A stretch of DNA of 32,000 nucleotides from Dickeya solani IPO 2222 (GTDB lineage Bacteria; Pseudomonadota; Gammaproteobacteria; Enterobacterales; Enterobacteriaceae): contig NZ_CP015137.1 of NCBI RefSeq assembly GCF_001644705.1, positions 360,001 to 392,000 on the forward strand, given 5' to 3'. The first letter of the stretch is position 1, and every line of letters starts with the position of its first letter. This document shows, piece after piece, positions 25,601-30,541 of the stretch. Below the pieces are notes generated by a model. The model saw only the letters and a program-made list of their open reading frames with translations, made no database searches and had not been told where the DNA came from. The position numbers were made by a program, and so were the translations under genes.

Positions 25601-28600
25601 GGCATAGTCAAAAATAGCGATACCGTCTTCGGTCAGCAGCGGAACAATCCCGAACTGGCTCTTCAGAAAGCCCTCTTCTTTATCAGTAAGGCGCATACCG
25701 CCGTCTTTCCAATAGGGCCAGTTCAGAGACAGCGTTTTACCGCTACGTTCACCCTGCTGTTGCAGTGCGTTACGCTGATAAGAGAAATAATCCTCGAAGG
25801 CATTACCAAAGGCATAGTCGCATTGACCCATATTGCCTAAGACGCCGGTGACGGAAGAAAAGAGCGCAAAGAAGTCGAGCGGCTGATCGCGTGTGGCGTC
25901 ATCAAGCAGCCAGGTGCCGATTGCCTTCGGGGTGATGACCCGCCCAAAGGCCTCGCTGCTTTTACGCAGAATAAAGTTATCTTCGATGACGCCGGCAGAA
26001 TGGATGATACCGTTCAGCGTGCGGTCCGATGCGCGGATCGCGGCGATCAAACCCTGAACACTATCAGGATCGCTAATGTCACACGCCAGATAAATGGCCT
26101 TGCCACCCCGTTCATTAAGCTCATCAAGTTGCTGTTGCCGCTTTTCATCCAGCGCGGAGCGCCCGCTCAGATAGACGGTGGCGTCATAGCATGAGCACAG
26201 GAAACGGGCAAAAATCAGCCCTAAAGCGCCTAACCCACCGGTAATCAGGTAGGTTCCCTGCTGGCGCAGAGAAGCCGGGGCGGATACCGATAGGTTCACT
26301 GAATCAGCCACCTTCGCGCTCAACGCTGAACGAGCATGCGCGGATAACTGAGCATCCGTGACAAAGCGGCGCACCAGACGAGTCCCCTGCACATAACGCA
26401 CGTCGGCATCTTTGGATACGTCGCTGAATTCGGTTTTGAGCAACGTCAGGATCGCAGTGCCCGTCTCTTTTTCGCCATCAATAACCGGGTCGCAATGAAC
26501 AACATGGCCAATATAGGCCGGTTTTTCGACACGTAAAGTACGGTAGAAACCACTGATAGCGGAGATATCCGGCACGCTCTCGCTGGCGAGATAGAAATGG
26601 ACAAACCGAACCTTTTTGACCTTACGCATCAGCGCCTTAGTCAGCGCGAAGAGGCTATGGGGGCCACGACTCAGGCGATCAACAAAATCATCGCCGGCCT
26701 GTTGCGTATTGACCCACAGCACCTGCTCAAACGTTGCTCCCCGCGACAACAGCGCATCCACCGCTGCAATGAAGTCATCGCTATTGCCCGGACGAACCAA
26801 CGCGCGATCCGGCTCGCGATCCACATCCGGCGTGGATGCAAACTGGATTCGTTGCACTTGAGGCGGATTTTCCGACTGCGCGATGAGGTTTGCGAACCAG
26901 TCGACATCCTGCTCACTGCCCACCAGCACAACCTGCTTCATGGGCACATCGGCCTCTAACACATTTTTCTCAATCCAGTATGGCTGATAGAGGTGTACGG
27001 TTTCAGACAGCGTAAGCGGTGAATGTTCGGCTTTCGCCTGATCGGCTACAGCAAGGCTGTCATCGAGAACGCGCAAGCTTAAGCCGCGGAATATCAGCGC
27101 GACGAGTTCAGGGTTGCTGGCATCGCTGACGTGAATATCAACCTTGAATACACCATCGCGGATAGGCTTCTCGCCTGACAGGGTGATCGTTGACGTCATG
27201 GCTGAACTGCAAGGATGTAATAGCTCCAATCCCTCCAGAGAGAATGGAATGACCATCGCCCCCGGCTCATTCTCCGGCCGCAATGCGCGCAGCATTTCGG
27301 TCGCCCAGACAACCGCGGCCTGCAAGGCGCCATCCGCCAAAGACGGATGAATGACAAAGTCCGCGCTATGCGCATCAGGCAGTACCAGATCTGCGACACA
27401 GGCATGTTCATCGAACATGATCTGGCTGATAGACCTCAGGCCTACGCCGTAGCACATCTGCAAACTATCAAGCAGTTGATAGCAGGCAACCGCATCGCGC
27501 GCGTGAGCATCGTCGGCCAATACCGCTGCCGGCATAGCAGGAAGTGCATCCCCGGAAAACCCTATAGTCCCCCGGCAGTAAAGCGTTTGATCGTTACCAA
27601 GAACCTGAAATAACCATGATTTGCCGGGCTCATGCGGATCAAGCTGAATGTCTATATCCGAAGCCGCGTCGTGAAACTCCAGCGGCCTTAACCAGGCCAC
27701 CTGGGAGAAACGTAATGTATCGCCATCTTTTAAATCAATAGCATCAGTGAAGGCGGCACGGACTAGTTCCAGATATGCCACCCCCGGCAGTATTGTCTGC
27801 CCGCCGATCCGATGACCGGCAATAAAAAACTCATCGCCCTGAAGCAGGGCCTTATAATGAGAACTCCCAATGTTCATGACACGGTGACGCTGGGCACGCA
27901 AGACGGCACGCTGCGAACCGGCCTTATCGTTTTGGCTAATCCAAAAATGATTGTGGATAAATGGGTAACCAGGAAGCGCAATACGTTGCGGACGAGCCCC
28001 CGCAAATAGCCGGGACCAATCCAATGGCACACCATGCTCATAATATTCACGCAGTTGTTGCAAAGACCGTTTCACCGCCGCGGCATCGGCTTGATTAATA
28101 GCATCAAGTAGGGCGGCGCCTTCAACACGGGCTTTTTCCACTTCATCCGCGGCATGCTCTTTCAAATCCAACGGGCCTTGCTCAACCGCCTTTTCTAACG
28201 CCTGAATAATCTTCTGAACATCACGCCCCACACAGCCATAGCGATAAGCAAAGTGATCGCGGCGAGTCAATAATGTCGCACTCACATCACGCAGTGATAC
28301 GTCTGGATGCTCACTCAACCACTGGATCAAATCTTTTTGGCGTTGCAACAGTGCCGCCGGGCTTTTTGCAGAAAGCGCAATGAGATACTCATTACGTTTC
28401 GCAGACTTGCCAGTCGCTTGCTGACCGCCCACAGACTCAGGGGCTTCTTCTAATACTATGTGGGCATTAGTCCCCCCGAATCCGAACGAACTCACCCCCG
28501 CACGACGCGGTGTATTAGCGTCAATACGCTGCCAGTCAACGGCTTCATCAACGAAGAAGAAAGGCGTCGAGGTCACGTCAATTTTAGGATTGAGAGCAGA

Positions 28601-29740
28601 GAAATTGCGTAACGGAGGCAGTTTACGGTGTTTAAACGCTTGTAATACTTTGATGACACCCGCCACACCGGCAGCCGCTTCGAGGTGACCAATATTGCTC
28701 TTGATGGACGTCACGCCGCAGAAAGCCTCATCCAGCGCGATTCCCTGTTGTTGAGCGAGCGTGCTAAACGCTTTGGTAAGCCCGTCGAACTCAATCGGAT
28801 CACCCTTCGGCGTCCCTGTTCCATGCGCCTCAACCAAACCAATAGAACGAACAGGTACACCGGCGTGCGTATTCGCGGCAATAATCACATCAGCCTGCGC
28901 TTCGGCACTTGGGTAGGTGAGCGTGTAGGTGGTGCCACAATGGTTAATGGCACTGCCTTTGATGACTCCGTGAATAACGTCACCGTCAGCCAGCGCGTTA
29001 TCTAATGGCTTAAGTAATAAGACGCCTGCCCCTTCTCCACGGACATAACCATCAGCGCTGCTATCAAAAGAGTGGCAGGCACCAGTAGGCGATAACATTC
29101 CCATTTTGGCAAAAGACTGATGCCGGGTGGACGTTAAAATAAGATTAACACCACCGCTAATAGCAACTTCACAGTCTCCATTCGTGATTGCCTGAATAGC
29201 GCTGTGAATAGCGTTTAATGAACTTGAGCAGGCGGTATCAATGGCAACACTGGGGCCATGAAAGCCAAAGAAATGTGAAATACGGTTAGCGATAATAGAG
29301 GTTGCAGTACCGGTGGAATGATGTGCTTCTATTGGCGCATTGGCATTTTCCTGTAGTTCTTTATAATCGTTATTGAAAACACCAATAATAACGCCTACTT
29401 TACTCCCCCGCAGCGTTGACGGAGGTATCCCCGCATCTTCCAAACAGGACCAGGTAAGCTCCAACATGATCCTCTGTTGTGGATCCATGGTTTCTGCAAC
29501 TTTAGGAATAACACCAAAGAATTGGTTATCAAAACAATCAACGTTATTAACAAAGGCGGCCCATCGTGTTTCGCTGGCATCAGGCCACTGTAAAGACTTT
29601 CGGCTATATGACACCGCATCGTTGTGAGCGTCAGAAATTTTAGAGACCGAATTACGGCGATGAATAATATTATCCCAAAAATCATTATAGTTGTTCGCAT
29701 CAGGGAAACGGCAAGAAATCCCTATAATTGCAATATCCAT
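13664..29740 (-). CDS. Trans-AT type I polyketide synthase, 5,358 aa, four KS-containing modules
   Basis: A single 16,077-nt ORF. It has four KS Cys motifs, three HxxxG...P DH motifs, two TGGxGxLG KR cores and five carrier-like domains. The KS-to-DH spacers are only ~180-190 aa with no GHSxG, so there is no cis AT. The protein starts directly with a KS (MDIAIIGISCRFP). Confidence 0.97.
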   Translation of the reverse strand: MDIAIIGISCRFPDANNYNDFWDNIIHRRNSVSKISDAHNDAVSYSRKSLQWPDASETRWAAFVNNVDCFDNQFFGVIPKVAETMDPQQRIMLELTWSCLEDAGIPPSTLRGSKVGVIIGVFNNDYKELQENANAPIEAHHSTGTATSIIANRISHFFGFHGPSVAIDTACSSSLNAIHSAIQAITNGDCEVAISGGVNLILTSTRHQSFAKMGMLSPTGACHSFDSSADGYVRGEGAGVLLLKPLDNALADGDVIHGVIKGSAINHCGTTYTLTYPSAEAQADVIIAANTHAGVPVRSIGLVEAHGTGTPKGDPIEFDGLTKAFSTLAQQQGIALDEAFCGVTSIKSNIGHLEAAAGVAGVIKVLQAFKHRKLPPLRNFSALNPKIDVTSTPFFFVDEAVDWQRIDANTPRRAGVSSFGFGGTNAHIVLEEAPESVGGQQATGKSAKRNEYLIALSAKSPAALLQRQKDLIQWLSEHPDVSLRDVSATLLTRRDHFAYRYGCVGRDVQKIIQALEKAVEQGPLDLKEHAADEVEKARVEGAALLDAINQADAAAVKRSLQQLREYYEHGVPLDWSRLFAGARPQRIALPGYPFIHNHFWISQNDKAGSQRAVLRAQRHRVMNIGSSHYKALLQGDEFFIAGHRIGGQTILPGVAYLELVRAAFTDAIDLKDGDTLRFSQVAWLRPLEFHDAASDIDIQLDPHEPGKSWLFQVLGNDQTLYCRGTIGFSGDALPAMPAAVLADDAHARDAVACYQLLDSLQMCYGVGLRSISQIMFDEHACVADLVLPDAHSADFVIHPSLADGALQAAVVWATEMLRALRPENEPGAMVIPFSLEGLELLHPCSSAMTSTITLSGEKPIRDGVFKVDIHVSDASNPELVALIFRGLSLRVLDDSLAVADQAKAEHSPLTLSETVHLYQPYWIEKNVLEADVPMKQVVLVGSEQDVDWFANLIAQSENPPQVQRIQFASTPDVDREPDRALVRPGNSDDFIAAVDALLSRGATFEQVLWVNTQQAGDDFVDRLSRGPHSLFALTKALMRKVKKVRFVHFYLASESVPDISAISGFYRTLRVEKPAYIGHVVHCDPVIDGEKETGTAILTLLKTEFSDVSKDADVRYVQGTRLVRRFVTDAQLSAHARSALSAKVADSVNLSVSAPASLRQQGTYLITGGLGALGLIFARFLCSCYDATVYLSGRSALDEKRQQQLDELNERGGKAIYLACDISDPDSVQGLIAAIRASDRTLNGIIHSAGVIEDNFILRKSSEAFGRVITPKAIGTWLLDDATRDQPLDFFALFSSVTGVLGNMGQCDYAFGNAFEDYFSYQRNALQQQGERSGKTLSLNWPYWKDGGMRLTDKEEGFLKSQFGIVPLLTEDGIAIFDYALQSQASQIVVMPGEAARIEAVLGVVDIAPVHDVLSAPDADDSHSLQDVVIRYLSDLFARKLQIPPYFERNGFFRDYGFDSVVVIELVNALKTTFGSGLPMTLFFEYQTMEELSRFLLENCHEACHGLRGTASANTVVKPAVTAALSASDGVRAVSPAQRLQGSQRVVNDDDIAIIGIAGRYPQADNLDQFWSNLTQGRDCIIDVPSERWDARWFQEGAATPGKSYSRWGGFLSDVERFDLRYFNISPKETEIMDPNEWLFLETVTHAIEDSGYTADKLAPLQVGRENRVGVYVGMMWGDYQLHAITSPVDEWTTSHSSYWSVANRVSHFFNFSGPSMALDTACSSSLTAIHIACHAIRSGDVPVAIAGGVNLSLHPYKYHLLSNMHFLSSDGRCRSFGEGGTGYVPGEGVGAVVLKPLSQAREDGDHIYGIIRGTAVNHGGKTSGFTVPNAKRQAELIVDALETANVNPRHISYVEAHGTGTKLGDPIEISGLNKAFSTAGENAKYCAIGSVKANIGHLEAAAGMSALTKVLLQMKHQTLVPSIQSKAINPFIDFQSGPFRLQQSLEPWLRPVLDVTQENGQRVAKEIPRIAGISSFGAGGSNAHLIVEEYIAPPPAAVDKGKPALIVLSARRETALRIMAGQLATFIEQYSDIEQHPELSLQDVAYTLQVGRVAHEYRLAFVVEVAADAVNMLRAYAQQQLSGLITGHRDNARQATSTPPLAEWIKQGRLGALGEAWANGHVVEWSQLHAAHSRRRVSLPGYAFQRQDCWAPTLPATILGSVVSDAAALHPLIDANISTLASQAFRKRLRADEFLLNDHRLGDNRILPGAAYIEMALSASELALQGLALPLSGDRPVLSQVQNIKWRQPIMVASDAIERDAIEIAISLAPSQGGLDFEIYRAEGEKRHVYGSGRLCEETSPQPEPANLQRLLTNGQVYQRNDIDVAFKQRGFTLGPAFQVLECLYANAEEALAELKFPDGLQITPVVQPFILPPSLLDGALRTALGIGGFSATTNTLDVPVALTRLQIFKPIDGVCYAYARRDNAHGSTATTASYNIDLLDSIGNVVIRLTQLQTQAVPHLGMRSLRAAQNAKPAAPMSAGSAPVAAASVIAATPRQQSGAPPSREAVVNTLIAHVISVTKLDAGDVTASGLLSNYGLDSMMILGLNEKLSATFDGLPQTLFYEYEDLASLADYLIENYPEQVVPPADVTSAEPAPGRAQLSGVQPNVAQLSEAQPVSARSVRDGVRDYLIASIVEVTRLDAGEVRPATQLSDYGLDSMMILALNGKLAARFGEVSQTLFYEYQDIDSLADFLCESYPDQVATLQPATASVTSAPVALLQQNVSHAAEPAAEPDRSANPVSATGDGVFDSLTAAVGSAATNHSALTPLWQWPLDTINLIRLQHELDARFTGVSATAVYRYQMLAEWAEAIQAAQQPALQHNAASPMPASRPTLANLLNTSRIDALRRNASRDTEPVGVVGVKDDIAVIGLSGRYPGAKNVDEFWANLTGGVDSIAEIPLSRWGYHQHYSPVRGPKNKVYSKWGGFIDDIDQFDSQYFNISPREAELLDPQERLFLQTAWECVSDAGYSRHALSKSQVGVYVGVMWGQYQCIETTEKQHESGWAMSLHSSVANRVSFYFNLNGPSVALDTMCSSSLTALHLACQAIQSGDCKMAIAGGVNLIVHPMKYYQLGQNQFLSSDGRCRAFGEGGDGYVPGEGVGAVLLKPLQQAIADGDQIYGVIKATAINHGGKTSGFTVPNQAAQSNVISTALERAGWSPASLDYIEAHGTGTMLGDPIEISGLAKAFSRINAQRGLNDERQPGHCRIGSVKSNIGHLESAAGIAGLTKILLQMRHRKIVPSLHSQTLNGKINFTASPFRVVQALEAWESAADHPRRAGLSAFGAGGSNAHVLIEDAPQDDASKLASAAAHRGEPRLFVLSADSEERLSLYVARMVNFLSQAVHEPQTAPGFDSLAFSSLVGRDAMAERLAVVASSLGDLLSQLEQYRQDGAAKQLFRGRVAGSSERLDTILEGRQLDELVTGLVQERQLLRLGRLWTTMLDVNWQQVAPLLFADHAVRRVSFPSLPLMMRSHWLALPSEPGESHRVKSLHPLIDENTSTLSQQKFIKQLTGQEPYLRDHVVGSADARVILPGSAYIEMMHAAGQLAIGNEWAVGAIRNLMWMNAIEVDDEPVEVEIDLAHSDGESVQVAICNRHTDVLSLEAELVYRPKTTEIADEWIDLDALRNRGKHESDQAAIYADFAKMGFAYGPSYQVTRERYRFADSALSHLCLPDAVRSADAFYLHPSLLDGALRTCLAVGLEPSDYSTPIVPFFLGELEFRHPLGTECYAYVTPAQSSVSGQSLGGPIQKHDITLVDTTGRVLARLKDFAARTLESDTSTAQPMTSQDVQYYAYEWQASPLPETTSVTAVSSAAIQVLVLSDDDALAEALRALYGDSARVIAVTQANAFAQHDACRFSADMQSQASVQTLCEQLAAQQMWPTHIVHAIGADKHFDDFPAVGVAPLLHAGLQSLRNLFVALETVTPGQALRCVNVYTAPPDQVEPQHDAASGYARSLSTINHRFELFTLRSDADSAAALASHIHLEFVPRPAPIAGLELAYRSGKRYQRQLGEIVPPKTDGSTSDERLNFVRHGHYLITGGAGKLGLLVANYLASRYQARIVLSGRSAQPGDAVQQQLVAMREQGAEVRYIAADVALEGQADALIAQAKAEFGALDGVLHCAGVASATPMTALQDAEFYALIGPKIDGLVALDRATAQEPLSVFVNFSSVSAVLGDLGSGAYAAGNRFMDSHAVWRSNLVKKGRRAGQTISINWPLWASGQMNIEQEDATLFAFSGMAALDQEAGLIALERALLEQRPELLIVVGDRNKIARALRIQADEVARSAPPARVNVAASKQHAVEPTRPSDSAYMQSENALRERISTITKLPAGDIAADATFEQLGMDSIMLMELRAVLEKEYDGLPKTAPFEFNTTAKLAGYLCERYGATQESQQVSAETPPRRTAATVNSHHAGAAAAAPYVKRAMPNAPTNTLGSHAARSSLSTSVNAASDAVAIIGVAGEFPGAENLADFWADIQAGKESLTTIPNARWAISPDDNGNPRYVNRGGFLNNVNVFDPEMFRMSSDEASRLDPQVRVLLRSAWHALENAGYTPSALTSQQVGVYVGAMNEDFTWVMAELYARTGRYPGAGSVVSELANRISFLMNLRGPSFCVATTCASSLTSVHIARKAILGGECDMALAGGINLSLHPSKYMLLQEMNVLSSDGKEHTFDERANGLIPSEGSGMVVLKRLSTALADGDHIYGVLRGSSIGHAGTGAGQYLPNLAVMEETAVRALDEARIDVNELTYIESHGAATELGDPIELKALSNALRRQTHAQHFCALGTKANLGHMEAASGICSLIKVLLSMQHGRLSPCVNLDRVNTSFEHETSAFLFPREAQEWRTNARGTRLAGINAYGMGGSTAFVVVESPEDVLMRNSDQTLVARDNAENSPQIVVLSAHRAERLAAYAVEMRDFIKQQGSALHLADLAYTSQIGRVTLDHRLAIVATSIDDLLTKLECFIAHPASEHSKLDIYRGNVRETKDVPQLIAGEAGKHFIHVLVQTQQLAKVATLWSRGCDIDWSLLHHEAVRRRVAFPGYPFAKEPCDLYAALRLDAPQRQTRHNELAALPAPDAAPTPTVPQAWFAGPRNERNVDALDDEQLQAFWVEQLHAQEPHAQDEVGALMASVLLGGAEVQDAEASAPQTLSVERRIDRDTVAALQICTQRQAISVETLMAAGWALLTNRHARGKYSQFGLIRHVNDEHLQMIPARIQVVGRHKTALWLKGVETQLEKCFDHTGATLERIERWVGDAPLFDSAVALLTDGDEAGLSEAISALFAVQPGLHVALVVSVEAHSVLLRLDCRGMDTQIAQLDQLLEQFVILLEGIANHPDKNPAALPMRSKGEGRKAFLKTLEKLNQQDQTP
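13766..14473 (-). other. Truncated condensation-like domain at the PKS C-terminus (C-terminal lobe only, no HHxxxDG)
   Basis: aa ~5090-5325 read LQAFWVEQLH..., TLMAAGWALLTNRH, QFGLIRH, MIPARIQV, APLFDSAVALL, LHVALVVSVEAHSVLLRLDCRG and QLDQLLEQFVILLEGIANHP. This is the same layout, motif for motif, as the N-terminus of the NRPS at 8362-9084. Confidence 0.65.
15146..16405 (-). other. KS4: divergent ketosynthase with the Cys-His-His triad retained
   Basis: VATTCASSL (Cys4611 codon 15908-15910), IESHGAATELGDP, KANLGHMEAASG. The usual C-terminal SFGxGGxNAH is replaced by AYGMGGSTAF, and SSDGRCRxFGEGGxGYVPGEG by SSDGKEHTFDERANGLIPSEG. Confidence 0.85.
16595..16819 (-). other. ACP3
   Basis: FEQLGMDSIMLMELRAVLEKEY; the Ser4341 codon is at 16718-16720, checked against the DNA. 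Confidence 0.9.
17096..17656 (-). other. KR3 catalytic subdomain
   Basis: YLITGGAGKLGLLVA, NFSSVSAVLGDLGSGAYAAGNRF (catalytic Tyr). The stereo-determinant position reads HCAGVASATP, with no LDD Asp. A putative structural subdomain lies upstream, at about aa 3810-4025. Confidence 0.85.
18431..19282 (-). other. DH3
   Basis: LHPLIDENTS..., RDHVVGSADARVILPG (His3518 codon 19187-19189, with four extra residues between Gly and Pro relative to HxxxGxxxxP), and HPSLLDGALR (Asp3687). Confidence 0.8.
19853..21151 (-). other. KS3 (trans-AT type, intact triad)
   Basis: DDIAVIGLSGRYPGA, ALDTMCSSSL (Cys3032 codon 20645-20647), EAHGTGTMLGDP, KSNIGHLESAAG, FGAGGSNAH. Confidence 0.93.
21296..21517 (-). other. 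ACP-like domain 2c with Thr in place of the phosphopantetheinylated Ser (probably inactive)
   Basis: WQWPLDTINLIRLQHELDARFTGVSATAVYRYQMLAEWAEAI; the Thr2776 codon ACC is at 21413-21415. It sits 117 aa after Ser2659, matching the 118-aa spacing between ACP2a and ACP2b. Confidence 0.65.
21641..21877 (-). other. ACP2b
   Basis: QLSDYGLDSMMILALNGKLAARFGEVSQTLFYEYQDIDSLADFL; the Ser2659 codon is at 21764-21766. Confidence 0.9.
21995..22225 (-). other. ACP2a
   Basis: LLSNYGLDSMMILGLNEKLSATFDGLPQTLFYEYEDLASLADYL; the Ser2541 codon is at 22118-22120. Confidence 0.9.
22370..23233 (-). other. DH2 (in a module that has no KR)
   Basis: LHPLIDANIS..., NDHRLGDNRILPGAAYIE (His2200 codon 23141-23143), PPSLLDGALR (Asp2379). 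Confidence 0.8.
23768..25096 (-). other. KS2 (trans-AT type, intact triad)
   Basis: DDDIAIIGIAGRYPQA, ALDTACSSSL (Cys1723 codon 24572-24574), EAHGTGTKLGDP, KANIGHLEAAAG, FGAGGSNAH. Confidence 0.93.
25241..25471 (-). other. ACP1
   Basis: FFRDYGFDSVVVIELVNALKTTF; the Ser1460 codon is at 25361-25363, checked against the DNA. Confidence 0.9.
25691..26263 (-). other. KR1 catalytic subdomain (B-type signature)
   Basis: YLITGGLGALGLIFA, HSAGVIEDNF (Asp1254 at the LDD position), FSSVTGVLGNMGQCDYAFGNAF (catalytic Tyr). A putative structural subdomain spans about aa 900-1160. Confidence 0.85.
27062..27892 (-). other. DH1
   Basis: FFIAGHRIGGQTILPGVAYLE (canonical HxxxGxxxxP; His643 codon 27812-27814), HPSLADGALQ (Asp803). 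Confidence 0.88.
28445..29740 (-). other. KS1, located at the extreme N-terminus with no loading domain, of a different sequence type from KS2 and KS3
   Basis: MDIAIIGISCRFPDA starts at residue 1. AIDTACSSSL (Cys171 codon 29228-29230), EAHGTGTPKGDP, KSNIGHLEAAAG, FGFGGTNAH. It has CHSFDSSADGYVRGEGAG where KS2 and KS3 have CR(S/A)FGEGG(T/D)GYVPGEGVG. Confidence 0.92.
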
Positions 29741-30315
29741 TATTCACATCCATATGTTTATTATTTATCGCAATAACTGATGTCATTTGAGCGTCCGAAT
29801 AGCCTTTTGAATGGCTGGCTCATTAGCAGGTCAACAAATTTGATATTCCATTACCATTAAATAAACAGCTTTAATGGATATTGCATCAAAATCATTCGCA
29901 CATCTAATACAATTCGATTCTTTTTTTTGTCAGGATGTTACTCACCCCTCCAATAGATCAGCATAAAACAAACAAACTTAATATCAATTATTTGATTTAT
30001 ATGATTTTTTAAATGAAACAAAAAAACACAATTTACGATATAACCAGAATGAAAAATCATAAATAATAAATTTCACTAATGAAATCACGGAGTGCAAATA
30101 TTATTTAAAATATTATCTGTCGATTCTTAATTAAACACCTTGCCATTCTTGAAAGCATATCCGCGCCAAACAATTCGTCATATAAAATTCATTAAATAGT
30201 CATTTAAATGTCATAAAAAATAACAATCAGCATTACTTAGCCAACGAAGATTACATTGTCACCTGACTTCATAAACATTAATTCCGTACTTTGAATTTAA
30301 TTTAAAAATATAGTT
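29741..30315 (-). promoter_or_regulatory. AT-rich (about 20-30% GC) upstream region of the PKS operon; probable promoter and regulatory (silencing) region; no specific -35/-10 called
   Basis: Hand counts of 60-nt lines give 28% GC at 29941-30000 and 20% at 30001-30060, against 53-62% inside the operon. It contains A/T tracts, the 10-bp palindrome CATTTAAATG (30201-30210) and AATATTAT-TTAA-AATATTAT (about 30098-30117). The only -35/-10 candidates I found are weak. Confidence 0.55.
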
Positions 30316-30541
30316 TATATCCTAAATAATTCGAGTTGCAGGACAACATGTCCGCGCTTTGAATAACGCAACGCGTTAGCCCTTCAGGACAAGGCTCGTC
30401 ATGGGCCTTACGTAGCGAATCCCCACAGGGCCACCAGAAGTCGATTTGAACGCAGTTTGTTGTGGTCCCGGAGGGGGGAGACCTATGGATGGGTCGAGGA
30501 ATAAAGCCAACACACCCACAACCTGGGGTATGACGAGTATA
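30316..30541. repeat. ERIC/IRU-like enterobacterial intergenic repeat, enlarged by internal insertions
   Basis: The ends and core match the ERIC consensus as I recall it. The left end is TATATCCTAAATAATTCGAGTTGCAGGA (consensus TATACTCTAAATAATTCGAGTTGCAGGAAGG). The core is GAATCCCCACAGGGCC (GAATCCCCAGGAGCTT). The right end is AAAGCCAACACACCCACAACCTGGGGTATGACGAGTATA (CAGCCAACGCAGCACATGCAACTTGAAGTATGACGGGTATA). About 100 nt of extra sequence lies between the matching blocks. Confidence 0.6.

Noticed and set aside
2124-27411. Short minus-strand ORFs sit in alternative frames inside the large genes. Examples are 2124-2336, 3975-4253, 5100-5369, 6498-6872, 10665-10958, 11177-11428, 13169-13378, 15073-15312, 17980-18228 and 26671-26931.
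   Set aside because: They are nested out of frame within CDSs whose own frames carry unambiguous catalytic motifs. There is no independent evidence for them.
315-29005. There are dozens of plus-strand ORFs of 60-273 aa in the supplied track. Examples are 843-1454, 1482-1943, 4552-5373, 5455-6000, 6925-7521, 13874-14470, 14750-15361, 23990-24457 and 24653-25420.
   Set aside because: All lie antisense to the long, motif-rich minus-strand NRPS and PKS frames. Their translations are Arg/His/Gln/Gly-rich and low in complexity, with no recognisable motifs or ribosome-binding sites. This is the usual artefact of open antisense frames in roughly 55-60% GC coding DNA.
29741-30315. Specific -35/-10 hexamers (for example CTGACA at 29933-29928 with TATTAG 18 nt downstream), a Fur-box-like AATGAAAAATCATAAATAAT at about 30048-30067, and lux-box or CRP-type sites upstream of the PKS.
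   Set aside because: In 70-80% AT DNA such partial matches arise by chance. None reached a convincing match to consensus, so only the region as a whole is annotated.
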